A DNA stretch of 48,913 nt, filler included, from Sphacelaria rigidula (Eukaryota): NCBI GenBank assembly GCA_964200075.2. It is 2 parts of 2 records of this genome, joined end to end, with 100 filler letters (N's around TTAATTAATTAA, not from the genome) between each part and the next. Parts side by side here need not be neighbours in the genome. Positions count along the whole stretch, not along the records: positions 24,518 to 48,913 come from CAXNAA020000206.1; 1 more part is not named here. One strand, written 5' to 3'. The number at the start of each line of letters is the position of its first letter. Position 1 is the stretch's first letter. Shown here in pieces: positions 34,401 through 45,879 of the stretch. The notes beneath the pieces were generated by a model that saw nothing but the letters and a program-made list of their open reading frames with translations, had not been told where the DNA came from and made no database searches. Position numbers and translations under genes: made by a program.

Positions 34401-37400
34401 GTGATGGCGGTGCTCCCGTGTCCCCGTATTCGTTGTGTAGCGCGAGCTTTGTTTTCCCCGCCTTCCCCCGCGGCGGACGACATGCTTGGATTTTCTCTTT
34501 TCGATTCGTTGCTGCTCTATGAACGTTTGCGTGTTGTCTTTCTCGGCGAACGAATCCAAATTATGCACAACTTCCTCCTTTGTTTACGCGTGTACGCAGT
34601 GTGTGCATATCCCTCGTTTATGTATGCACGTGCAGCACGTGAAAACCGCGTACACCTGTCGCAGCATAGGTTTCGTCATCTGCTGTCCTCTCCCGCGATA
34701 GGCTAGGCCCATACCTCATCGGATCTTTTAACTTTCTCCGTAAAAACGCGCTCGCCCGTACGCGCTCGCCCGTATTAATAAAAGCAGTTGGTCAAGGTTT
34801 TGCGCCCGTCTAGAGGCGGACGCGTGCGGTCTAGCAAACGTGCGAGACCTCGGCGACCCGGGGATAGAAGCAACAAAAGCGGTATCTGCTATTGTTCCTA
34901 GTGCCCACACGAAGAAGACGACGGCGTCGAATGCATCTACACGCCGCGGAAGTGGAGGGACGGGGGGTAAAGCAGATCCGTGTTCTTCTCGATTCAAGCC
35001 AAAGCCAGAGTCGGCGGCGACTACCGCTGCTTTGCAGTTAGTACCCGTTCTTGCCCGAGCTGGTCTATTACGTGACAACTCCCGCATTCTCCGCGTGGTC
35101 GCTCTGTACCCGTGTCGCAGCCATGCCATCGGCAACAGTGTCATTCGCTATCCTTTCGATGAAAGGACAAAAGGAGAAGCAGCTGTGCGAACTGTCGACC
35201 GTGCTCGATGTCGTGTTGGTGGGGGTGATGGGGGCAGTGACAGGCGACGAAGTGGCCTCGGAGCGGCAAGCCAGGACGAGAGTTTGGGGGGTGACTCACA
35301 AGCGAGCGTTGTTGTGCCCGAACAAAATACGCCGCTTTGCGTTTCGGAAGTCCTTCGTAAAGCCCTCCTCCGGAGCAATCACGCCTTGCGAAGGGCCGTC
35401 CTTGGTAGGAACAACAACACTACTAACGTTGTTAATGATGACACGGGTAGGGGAACAAGCGGCGTATGCTGCGGTCAAGCGATGGGTAGTCTGTCTAGGC
35501 TGTCTTGGACGACGACGGGTTTGGATAACGCCCAGACAAGAGAAGATCATAGGCAATGTGGAGAGCACGATAATCCAGACGAAGGTGGCAGCAAGGGATC
35601 AGCTCTATGCAGCAGAGGGCCCTTCATCGGCGTGGAGAAATGCAACGTCGTCGGAGCAGATCCGCGGCTCCTCTTGAGCACGGCTGGCCTTGCGTGGGTC
35701 CTCCGACCTCCTTTTTTGGGGCAATCTGAACCCGGTCGGTCGGGTTCGGACGCTTCTCCATCGGACTGCAATGTACCATTGAAGCAACGTGCCGGCAGTA
35801 GTGGCAGCGACAGCGATCGTGATAGTAACAATGTAGGCATGATGGGCGCGAGCACGGTCGACCATTTGGGGGATCTCGCAAATCCGCCAGCGATAGCGGT
35901 GTCTCGTTTGCAGAAAGTCGGTTGCGCTGGTGTCGATTTCAACGGCAAAGATGGCTCTGATGATGAACCGCGACGCGAAGAATTGGGTCGGGAAGTCACG
36001 TGGGTGAGCGCCACGCCGGTAGGGTCGCGGGTGTATTACTGCCTTGAAGAGGCCGCATGGGCGCATGCACAACAGCAGCAAACGACGTCGACGCCCGAAG
36101 CAGAAAGACAACGTCATATGGGCACGTCTGTTGGTCCGCCGCTAGCTGTAGATACACATTTGGGCCTGACCAAGGACACGAATCCAATGAGACAGTCTGC
36201 ATCGGCGGAGCTCGATCTCGGTGATGGAAGGAGAACGCGTCGAACAACCCGCACCGATGCCCCATCGGCCTTGAGTTCGCCAGGAGCTTTTGGTCGGGAT
36301 TTCATGGTCGAGACGGAGGAGCTGGAGTCTGACGCGAAACGCGCGTCCGCAATGGTTTTCGCTAGGAACGTATCTGAGATGCTGGCGGCGGTGTACACGG
36401 AGTCGCCGGGAAGCGTGATTGCCGACCGAGAAACAAGCTGGAAGGAGAAAGAGGCGTCAAATGCACGCACCCGACAGCAGCAGCAGAAGCATCGACGTTC
36501 GTCTACCACGAAAGCCGGAAATTGGAAGTCTATCGTAGGGGATGACGGCGTGATGGCGACTACATCTAGCTGGGTGGTAGACGGGATCGCAGATAGCCAT
36601 CGTCACAGTCAACAAATTGGCTCTTCCGACAGAATCGAGCCCAGCAGACAGGTTTTGAATGCTCTCGGGGCGGTGCCAGATGTTCTTGTCGTCACCGTGA
36701 AGCTTCCAGAAGGAGAGCCGATAAGATCTCCTGAGAGTGCTGCGGCTGAGCATACATCGGTAGACTGTAGCGCAGCAAAGGCTGTGAGTGCGCCTAAACC
36801 GCGTTCGGGTGAACGTGTGGCGCGCCGAGACAAAAGTGGCAAACGTGCCACTGCTCCCGCCATCGCCTCCACCCCGGGGGTTGCAACGAGCATCGATGAA
36901 AACGCGGCGACAATCACGCCATCCGGTATGTTGCACTTCGCCCCCGCCCGTGTGCTTCAGCTTCTCGGGACGCCGCACTACCGGGAGTTCATGAGGGCTT
37001 TGCCGCAAGCGGCACACGCTAACCCTTGCCTATTACGTGGCGAGTACGACTCTACCTCTTGGTCACTGCGGCCGCCGCCTATCACCCGCCTTTACGTTGC
37101 TATGGGTGGTGGACATGCCTCGTCTTCCGCTGTAAATTATGCCGAGGGACGAGAAGGAGACCACAGCGCCGGCGAGGTGGGCGCCGTTCCATCAGCGGGG
37201 CCAGCGAAGGGATCAGTTGCCTCGATCGCGGCCGAGGACGGTCCTAACAGCAGCTATGGCAACGGGGGCGTTTCTTCTTGCAGCTTGCCACCGCGGTCGC
37301 CGTTGATCGGAGCCGTCTTGCAACCATTATCCGCACATGCGATGCGCGAGCTCTTGCAGATCTACGTCGCCACGACTCGCGGAGTGTCCCCGTCGACAGC

Positions 37401-40400
37401 CACTGTGAAGGAAAAAGGGCGACCCTTGACATCGGGGCTCTTTTTCGCCCCTTCTCCTCTTCGCGCCGCCGTTCCCACGGCAACACTCGCCAGCACGCGC
37501 TCCGACTCCGATATGGTCACCGCTGCTAGACACGAAGCAGAACATGCAAAAGGCGCCAGGGGTCAAGCGACCGCCGCGTGTGAGCTGCAGCGACGGCGTC
37601 GACGGCCGTCCAGCTCCTCCCGTGAGTCCAAGTCAGCTTTGAAGATTACTCCCCCGAGGCCGTCGACGGACACCTTATCCCGGTCCAGCCATGACGAAGC
37701 CTCAGCGGTGTCGCGATGCCATAGCGTGGCGGATCCCAGGTTGTCGGTGTGGGAAGATACGCCGTCTGCCGCAACAGCAACTTTGTCAGGGACGGGGAGT
37801 TGCTTGACAAGTAGGTCGAGAAGCTCCGACGAAGACGACGGGGCAGAGCGAAGCACGGCCGTTACTTGCGGTGAGGATTTTTGTTACTATGATCCCGTAG
37901 CTGCCGTACCACCATCGGCGCTGGACATAATCCCTGACTCCCCACGTCTGTGCGAAAGTTCTTCCGGGCATTTGATTACCTCAGCTCTAGGCGAAAGTAT
38001 CACGACCGGAGGTCGGTGCGGTATAGCCGACAGCATTACCACCGACAACATTATCGCATCATCGCTTCGCAGGCGGTACCGCCGCGCTTACGTTGCAGTA
38101 CTGGCACCGCTGACGGTGACAGCCGTCGGTAGGGTCGGCCCTTCCAAGGCAGTGCCCGCCTCCGACATCGGGTTGCCCGGTGCTTCGGCGTATTTTTTGC
38201 AGCTCGAGGAGGCGGCCGACACCGCGTTCTATGAAGAAATGCGAAACTCAGATCTCCGTTGTTGTGAAGGTGCCGTTGGCCGTGCGGAGTGCGGACGCGT
38301 AAGCGGGGGTGGCGATGTAGGCGGGGGTGATGCGGGAAGGGGAACGAAGGGGGCAGAGTCACGGGCGGGAAGTGGTGTGCCGATCGTGTGCGTGTGGCGG
38401 GGTTGTCTGTCTGACGCTCAGTTCGGGTGAGTTGTTCTTATTCGGGTTTTCGCCGGTGATCATTTGTTTTCGGAATATTTAGGGATGAACGATCGACACG
38501 AACTTGAATACCTCTTCAGATTATCGTATTTTCCTGATGCGTTTTCGCCGCTTGCCCCGATTGACACCAGCACACAGGTTCTGGCGCAGTCATATTTTTT
38601 TCCCGAGTACACGGGCTCGGTGACGTGCAATGGAGAATGATTTTGTGATGGGCGCTTCAGTTGAATGCATGGTCGTGTTGGTCCAGTAGAAGCTGACGTT
38701 TTCTCGGCGCGTATCGGATCGGTGACACATGTACCGAACAGGTCGTCATTATGCTCGGTGCACTTGCAGCTGAAAGACTTCTTGGACGTCAAATCTGCGA
38801 AGGTGAGTGGAGTCCATCCCAGGTTTTATCCGATGGAGCACAGGCTGGGCCGCCCAAGACGCGGACAGGGATGTGAACAAGCGATTTAACAGCTCAATTT
38901 TTGGCTCGATTCCCATGAAATTTTGACACGATGTACAGGATGTATGTAGGAAGACTCTATCTTCTGCCCCCTACATTTTATTTTTTTCGGGAGCTATTCA
39001 CGATTTTGTTCCGAAGTAAACTGTTTTGAAGTTTTTGATCGCCGATAACTCACGGAGGTGAAGAACAAATGTATGGGGCAGAAAGTCGAGTCTTTGCACA
39101 TACATCCTGTATGTCGTGTCAAAATGTTATACAAAATGACTTGAAATTGAGATGTCAAATCGCGTGTTCGTGTCGAAGACCGGTTTCTATGTGGAGATGG
39201 ACAAGCCACGAAAAAATCAAACGCGGTTATGCTGTTCAATTTCGAGTATTTTTCCACGAAATTTCGACACGGTGTGCATGAGGTATGTTGTGAAATCCCT
39301 AGTTTCCCCCCTTGAATTTTTTTCCTTCAACGAGTCGTCGACGCTTTTGTACCAGGAAAAATGTTCCGAAATTTAGATAACCAATGTCTCACGAGGAAAA
39401 AAATAAGAGGGGGCAACGGTAGAGGCTTCACATATACCAAATGTAGATCGTGTCAAAATTTCATGGAAAACGACTTGAAATTCAGCAGTGAAATGGCGTT
39501 TTTCTGTCAAGAACCGGTTCACTTGCGTATAGAGTACAACAACCTCAGCCGGAACTTTGACGCTTTCTACAAGCGCGACGCCTTTGCGCGCCGGAGGTCT
39601 GGTCTGCGTGCCATCTCAGACCCTGCGCGCCTACAGGACGGCATGCACTGTCGTACAACCACAAGTACCGCAGCACCATCACTTTGCGGCCGCGGCACAA
39701 CCGCCTGTAGCTGTAAACGCGATTTCACCTGTTTTCCCCCCCTAATTCCGCTGCACATGCCAGCCTCAACTCTCTACACTTCGCAGCTGACTACAGTTTG
39801 GTATTTCGTTTGATGGGAACTTGTCAGGTCGCAGTGCTACGTGAAGTGAAAGACGCACGTTGATTTGCATATTACCACGATGCTTCATAGTAGGTACAAC
39901 TCGCGATATATCGTCAGTTAGAACCGGCCGAAGGAAAGTCCGCTTGTTCGGCGGCCTAGCCTGTAGACTGCACACTACTTGCTTTGTTTCTCCGCGATCA
40001 CGATTTGCTATCTCGGTGATGTCGTACGAGCAGCATTCCCCTGCCCCCTCACGTGCTGCTATAATCCCTGACCCTAAATGGAGCGCAGGCGCGGACACCG
40101 AGCGAGGCTCGCCGGTTTCTTCCCCCAGGAAGCCTTGACGCGAACAAACAACAGCGACGCTCCTCTTTTCGGAAGAAACGATCCAGCTCTGTCGTGACCA
40201 ACACCACCACTTCTACCAGTGGTGGCGCTGCCTCTACCAAGAGCGGGGTTTCGGTTATTGACATGCAGCACCCTGGCGCTGAGAGTGAGGTCGCCGTGGC
40301 CTGCTCCATGTCCCCGCTCCTCGCGGAGCTTTTCAACGGCAAACTGGCGTCCACGATCTCGTTGTTTTGCCGAAGGGCGGTGGCGGAGTCGAGTGGGCGA

Positions 40401-43400
40401 CAGTGGCGGGGTGTTGGTGGTGGAGGCGGCGGTGCTTGCAGCAGGTTAGTGTTGCGGCGGTTGGCGGGGCTCCCAGAAGTGTTGTGTGGGGAGGATAGCG
40501 CAAGAGATACGGGACAAGGCCTGGAGGGGAGATACGAGTAGCTTGACGTACCGCGTTTGCGGTCGTTTTCAGGGCGCCACAATGTTGCTGAGCATTCACG
40601 TGCAGGTGACGCTCAACCGATGAGAGGGTGCTGATGTTTTGTAAGGCCTCCGACGTGAGACGATAGGCCACGTTCCCCAAACGGGAGAAACAGGACATAG
40701 GGAATGGTTCTTCTGGAGGTGACGGGGTATCCCTTGCGTCCACCTTGCGATTACTAATGTGGTGAAGGCGAAGGTCCTTTCCGGACATTTTTGTATACAA
40801 TTAGTTAGTTGATTAGAACTGTTTTGTGTCGATGTTACCCATTTCCCCCCCCCCCCCCCCCCCCTCTCCCCCCCCCCCTTCCTCACCCTACCCACTGCCT
40901 CCCCCTGCTGCACCATCAACCTCNNNNNNNNNNGCGAAGGTCCTTTCCGGACTTTTTTTTAAAAAATTTGTTTGTTGTTTAAAACTTTTTTTTTTCGATT
41001 TTTCCCCTTTCCCCCCCCCCCCCCCCCCGGCAATTTCCTCATCTCATGCATAACGAGTCACGCGTCTCTCAAAATGGACCCGATATCTTCAATGCTACAA
41101 CGCGGGGGCGATGCTGGATTTCCAAGTAATGAATATTCCAGACCTAATGTTGACTCACGTGACAAAAATCTGTCGGTGGACTCGGAGTAAGGGATATACT
41201 AAGTCCATCGGTTAGAGATCTATCCAACAGCTGATTGCGAGTCTAAGACGTGAAACTAATGCGCTACCTAGGGAGAGAGAGGGGGATTGGTTTGGTCTTG
41301 GAGTTGCCTGGAGGCGACCCCCAGATTACATGTGAGCGAGGAAGGATAAAATCAAGTTACCTGACGACAATCTGTGCGCTTCAGGTCACTTTTGCAGCCT
41401 TGGCCGTTGCCGACAGAGGGCGTTCAACTTGCGCTTTGGCTGAAGTGAAAGATTTTTGTCTTCGGTCCAAAATATTAGTGAGCGGCGCGTGCGCCGGGGG
41501 GCAAGGGGGGGCGGAGTGCGATGTAGAAAGATACGGAATCCTTTATACTACCAGGGATTCCTCGCGTAGAGGAGTTTAGCTGAGTACGTGACCCCTTGCA
41601 CTGTATGGGACCGGTATATATTTGTTCCGTTATCAAAGGATTTGCCGTAAAGGTTTGCATCATGTCGTTGCGCACGCAAGAGTGGAAATACTGATACAAC
41701 TGGAGAACAGTGCAATTACAAAGGTACTGCACATATTATCTTCGTGTGCCGGCAGCGCTCTTCATCATTTCCGCATGTTTTGTTGCAATCGATACGAGCA
41801 GTAATCGGCGCGGATCCGGAAAGAGCGCCGTCGGGGGCGAGGACGGAGAAGACGGGGGGGGGTTGACGGTGAGAAGCTCTCGTACTTACTGTTGAGGCTT
41901 GGGTACTGTAACGTCCTCGGTTGTACCGTAACTGTACTATCGGGCTGACAAAGACGTACTTCGCTCTTACTCGTTGCGGGGTCTTGAGGAACCCTGCCGC
42001 TGTACGGACTTATTTCGTTTATATTATTTTCTTTTAATATATTGTTGGCTGTCCTTCGGGTATTGGTACATGAGGGTGCCGTTGTTAGCCCACTTTGAGC
42101 TATGTTCGTGGCTTCCCGGTACGCACCCTGCATCAGAACATTTTATGTTTGTCATACTTCAGGCGATAAAATTGCATGGTACATTTGCGGCAAGATGCTC
42201 TGTTTCGTTCAGCCATACCGCTTCGATGAGTCATACCCTAGCCTACGTTCCTGTTGTCATGTGCAGGATACAAACCAGGCTTCCGGGGGGGCGAGATGGG
42301 CCATCCCCGGCAGCATAGAGGCTGCTGAACGCAAGCTGGACGATAGCATACACTGGGCGGAGCAGGTGTGTACGTGCTCATCATCGCCCCTGATCATACG
42401 CACATTGTTATGTGCATAGCAAGGCGCGATATCAGTCGACAGGCACCGCTTAACCCTTTGGACGCTCTTGAGATTACTGCGAGGGCATCGCCACAATATC
42501 ATGCCGCAACTATTTGCGTTTTGCCATCCACCGTTCGACCGTGTCCCGGCGTTGACGAGTCATACTACGATAGGTGGGGGGAGGGGAGGGTGATTCCACG
42601 AAAGAGAGGGCTCATAGATGTGTCAGACAACATGACACGCTCGCAGTGCGCTTGTATTCGGGTGAAAGCGGGGACGAGCACTACAGATGTGGAGACCGTA
42701 CATGTATGAGCGTAATGAACACCAGAATACACGTGTAAGCCGGATGAACAGCCTCAGGAGCGCGGTCCGCCAGTGACATACATGAGCGGACTCGACACGT
42801 TCAAACCTGTGAAACTGGATCTTTGGCAACCTAGGCAATGTGATGTCCGGTAGAAGGAGCTCGGAATAATATTAGAGTCACCGCATGAGCCCTGGTTGAA
42901 CGTTGCCAGTACTGCCATACCGGCTCTTTCAGTTGTTCTTCTTGCCTACCATCGGTCACGGCCAAATCCTCGCCTCAAACGACAAGAGGCGAAATCACGG
43001 CTCGCTTTGGAGATCCTTCGGTAACAGGGCACGACAACGTTCGTCTTCGGAACCCGTAACTCTACGGCCTCACCCCTAGCGAGGCCTAGTTTACACAAAT
43101 GCGTGTTATTTAACACGGAAAAAAATGACCCAAAATACCCCGCCTCTCGACCGTAGCATGACTCTGATCGGCTAGTGCTCACCACATGGTCAATTGACAC
43201 ACTTGAACTCGGTGACCTGCACGAGTTTTTGCTCTTCTCTGCGCACTAACCTCCATGTTTCCTCGTCAGGTTTAATGCTCGAGCTTCGCGATATCCTGCT
43301 TTTCAACACGTCGAGAGGATATATCGTACGCAGACATTTTCGCCCTCGTAGAAGAATACCCTTCACAGCAGGAAGCCCACATGGTCCGCACAAATTGCCG

Positions 43401-45628
43401 CCGCAAACTGTTTTTGAATATCTTACTTCCTACCTTCCTACTCCCGACCTTTCCCGTGCGGTAGCGGTGTAATCGACCACGGCAACGTCGCATATCTCAT
43501 TCCGCTTCATCCCAAAATCCTCCTTGATCGTTCTTCCGTTTCCTGCATTAGCTGCACAGAGCCAGTAGCGTGTGTACGGTTTTCTTGATCCACACGTACA
43601 CCGACCTGAAACGTGTCCCCGCCCGGACGGTCATTGCCGAAACCTTTGAAACTTTACTCATTTTTCTGTCATGTATTTGCAGGGGCTGGTCTCGGGATCT
43701 CTCGAGTATACATGTCTCGAAGTTAAAGCAACGTTTGGATATGAATCTTCGATTTGGCCGTCGAGAGACGCCAGCCAGTTTGTTGGAAGATCCAAATCGA
43801 TGTTCTGAATAGCAGTCGATGTGATGAAAGTTGTATGGTTGATTGTCTTGTCTACTGCGCATCAAATGTCCATGTGCACAAGAGATAGCGTTCCCGGAAC
43901 GTTCGTTGGATGGAGGATTTCTGCTTTTCGAGCCTTGTACCATGACTATGTGTGGATATATTTCAGGGTGTAGGGTAGTTATATTTCGGAGCGTTGAGTG
44001 CCTCCCATGGTCACTCACTCTATCTCGGACCCAGGACATCATCAGCTTTTGCCGCCGTTGCTCTGAGTTCCACGTGAGTCCCTACTATTACGCTTTATAG
44101 TTGGGAGGAACTATTGGATCTGGTTCGTATTGTAATCTACAAGGAGATAATCTATTTCTGTGAACATCTGGATTTCAACTGCTACTGTGGTTGGAATTGA
44201 GTTGATTTGTTACTGCGTAGCTGTGCTTTGCAATCAGGCAACCACGGCTCGAGCCTCTGTTCGTGAGAACATATCAGGAGGTGTACTGAGGCTGCCTTCT
44301 CGAAGGTGGCGAGTCCAAAGTACATAATATTTCACGCTAAACGCTGACTTTCCTTCCGCGGACTGCAGGTACTAAAGGTCGAGAAGGAGGTTACGGCAGA
44401 GTTGCGGCGACTGTCAGCTCTCGGGATCTACCCAGACGCCGAGTTAGAAAGAATTCGGCGTGAGCACGAAGTGTTTGCTGGCGAGTGGCGACAGGTATGA
44501 GCAGTAGTTGGTTTCCGCGGTGTGGATTGTGATGATGGAGGGATTATGCAAATCAGTTACGTATATGAACCAGATGTTTGTGGCGATCCCCCACAGCTGC
44601 GAATTTTTTGTCAAGCCACCTGCTCTCTCCGTTCTCGGAAACAGGTGACATGTTTTTTTTTATCTTTTCCCCCCTTTTCGGCTGAGTCGACCTTCTCCGG
44701 AGGGCAACATTGTTGAGCATCCAGCACCCACAGCACTATTTCTGTCGAAATTTACAAACGAAATAGGTAACCTATCGCGGGACGCAAGGCTGAGATTACA
44801 CTCTGTGGCAAATGTTAAACCGTCACCTTGATATCTCCCATAAACCGGCTCGAAAAATGCCCGTTTTTTTGGTCGCTTACAAGCACCCCGTAAGGTTAGG
44901 CTTCATACGCAACCGCTTTCCCCAGCTGGCACGCGCGCACTTTGTATGTTGAACCCTCCGCATCCAACCCATTTCAGGCAGGCGGTGACGGCCTCACTGG
45001 CGGTACCTGTACCTCCTCCCCAAAATATCGTGATCGCGGGTGGGGATCAAGAGGCGAGGAGGAAGACGAAGACGATGACGAATATCAAAACCAGCAATTC
45101 TCGATCGGAGGAGAACGCGTGACCGCTGCCGCCACGTCTACCGCTACGACCACTACTGCTGACCGCGTAGGGCTGCATATTTCATCGACGAGAGGTGAAG
45201 ACATGAATGGTTTCGCAATGGGCTCGCCGCTGATTACCCGTCGATCGAAAGGTGCCGCATCGGGGCTCTCAGCTGCGACCGACGGTACTCAAGTAGTGCA
45301 GGGTTCCGGTGGTGGTGGCGCAGCTGTAGCAGTGACGGCGGCGGCGGCGGCGGCGGCTGATACTGTTGGTGCCGGCGCACCCCACGATGCAGAGGGGAAG
45401 GCTTCCGTCGCGGAGAGAGATGGTCGACGACGAGCTACTCGGCAAGACAAATCTGTGTCGTCGTCGATGACGGCAACATCGTCCGGGAAAGTTGTCAGCG
45501 CCGGCGACGCTGGCGGAGTTGCAGAATGGGGAAAGAGAAGGAGTAACGGGGGCAGGAGGACGGAGTCTGAGATTGAGCTCGAGTTCTGTAAGATGAAGCG
45601 GACGCTCTTGAGGAAGCGGAGGAACGAG
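31108..45628 (+). CDS. Gene 2 (spliced, 3' end unresolved): ~1900-aa protein of unknown function, S/G/A/R-rich with helical segments and a CX4CX10CX2H motif
   Basis: Phase-consistent exon chain: 31108-31420(?), 32110-32228, 33526-33692, 34089-34247, 34788-38426, 38742-38802, 40089-40444, 41802-41868, 42267-42365, 44369-44494, 44978-45628 (5757 nt, 1919 codons). The last donor GAG|gtaaga implies a further exon. Confidence 0.8.
32110..32228 (+). CDS. Gene 2 exon (YAKEGGHQTLVEAQREVQEQDRSIRVTKEHATLVHVAIE)
   Basis: acctag| acceptor, GAG|gtgagg donor, phase 1-0. Confidence 0.65.
32850..32938 (-). mobile_element. tRNA-like SINE head
   Basis: Minus strand gccccggtggtccaactgat ... gagttcgaatctcg (A and B boxes); no convincing cloverleaf. 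Confidence 0.5.
32958..33205. mobile_element. Possible small MITE
   Basis: caggcgaggcccaagtttaaag vs (rc) caggcggtgctcaattcaag; no TSD. Confidence 0.35.
33526..33692 (+). CDS. Gene 2 exon (DDAEQALQCVRDRRLRAAALRRTRLSRISTRHAAF...GLMAIR-)
   Basis: gatcag| acceptor, AG|gttatg donor, phase 0-2. Confidence 0.7.
34089..34247 (+). CDS. Gene 2 exon (LRYQGADVTRRLQELLHECVGEYEKARLSEVRHRRMSAEMCDSAVRGMVLDL-)
   Basis: ttttggcag| acceptor, CG|gtgagt donor, phase 2-2. Confidence 0.8.
34788..38426 (+). CDS. Gene 2 giant exon (3639 nt; track ORF 34840..38430)
   Basis: 1196-codon open frame; aaagcag| acceptor in phase 2; the ORF 'stop' TGA lies inside a perfect GG|gtgagt donor. Confidence 0.9.
38742..38802 (+). 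CDS. Gene 2 exon (SSLCSVHLQLKDFLDVKSAK)
   Basis: gaacag| acceptor, AAG|gtgagt donor; completes CVWRGC...CSVH. Confidence 0.8.
38841..39963 (-). mobile_element. ~1.1-kb TA-flanked MITE family, copy B (inverted) in a gene 2 intron
   Basis: ca|caggctgggccgcccaagacgcggacagggatg ... ggcggcctagcctg|ta; reverse complement of 28487-29615 throughout. Confidence 0.9.
40089..40444 (+). CDS. Gene 2 exon (ARTPSEARRFLP...SPLLAELFNGKLASTISLFCRRAVAE...GACS-)
   Basis: gcgcag| acceptor (alternative 40155), AG|gttagt donor, phase 0-2. Confidence 0.75.
41802..41868 (+). CDS. Gene 2 exon (NRRGSGKSAVGGEDGEDGGGLT)
   Basis: gagcag| acceptor, ACG|gtgaga donor, phase 2-0. Confidence 0.7.
42267..42365 (+). CDS. Gene 2 exon (DTNQASGGARWAIPGSIEAAERKLDDSIHWAEQ)
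   Basis: gtgcag| acceptor, CAG|gtgtgt donor, 99 nt. Confidence 0.8.
44369..44494 (+). CDS. Gene 2 exon (VLKVEKEVTAELRRLSALGIYPDAELERIRREHEVFAGEWRQ)
   Basis: ctgac branch motif + ctgcag| acceptor, CAG|gtatga donor, 126 nt. Confidence 0.85.
44978..45628 (+). CDS. Gene 2 exon (AGGDGLTGG...TESEIELEFCKMKRTLLRKRRNE)
   Basis: atttcag| acceptor, GAG|gtaaga donor; frame of track ORF 44942..45673. Confidence 0.85.
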
Positions 45629-45879
45629 GTAAGAAAGGCACCGGTCACCGAAAATGATTATCCCGAATCCTGAACCAACGTCATGTGGTTCAGTCATACA
45701 GAATATTAAGCCGGCAGATACCTACCCGCACGGGTTTCATACTGTATGTTCGAGGGTTTGTGTGAGTGACCCGTGTGATAGTGCTGATGATTATGTGTCC
45801 GTGTGGTACTTCGGCAATGCTGTCCGCGGTGGGCTTCTTGTCCTGGAGTTTTGTTCGCGTTTCGTGTCTGGTAGTGGTA

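Noticed and set aside
35051-38362. Many overlapping ORFs within the giant exon
   Set aside because: Shadow frames of GC-rich coding sequence.
40768-41050. Apparent ~150-bp tandem duplication around the 10-N gap (40924-40933)
   Set aside because: The second copy is a homopolymer-smeared version of the first next to poly-C runs, typical of a low-quality read end, so likely an assembly artefact. The same applies to tctatcatg on both sides of the 8860-8869 gap.
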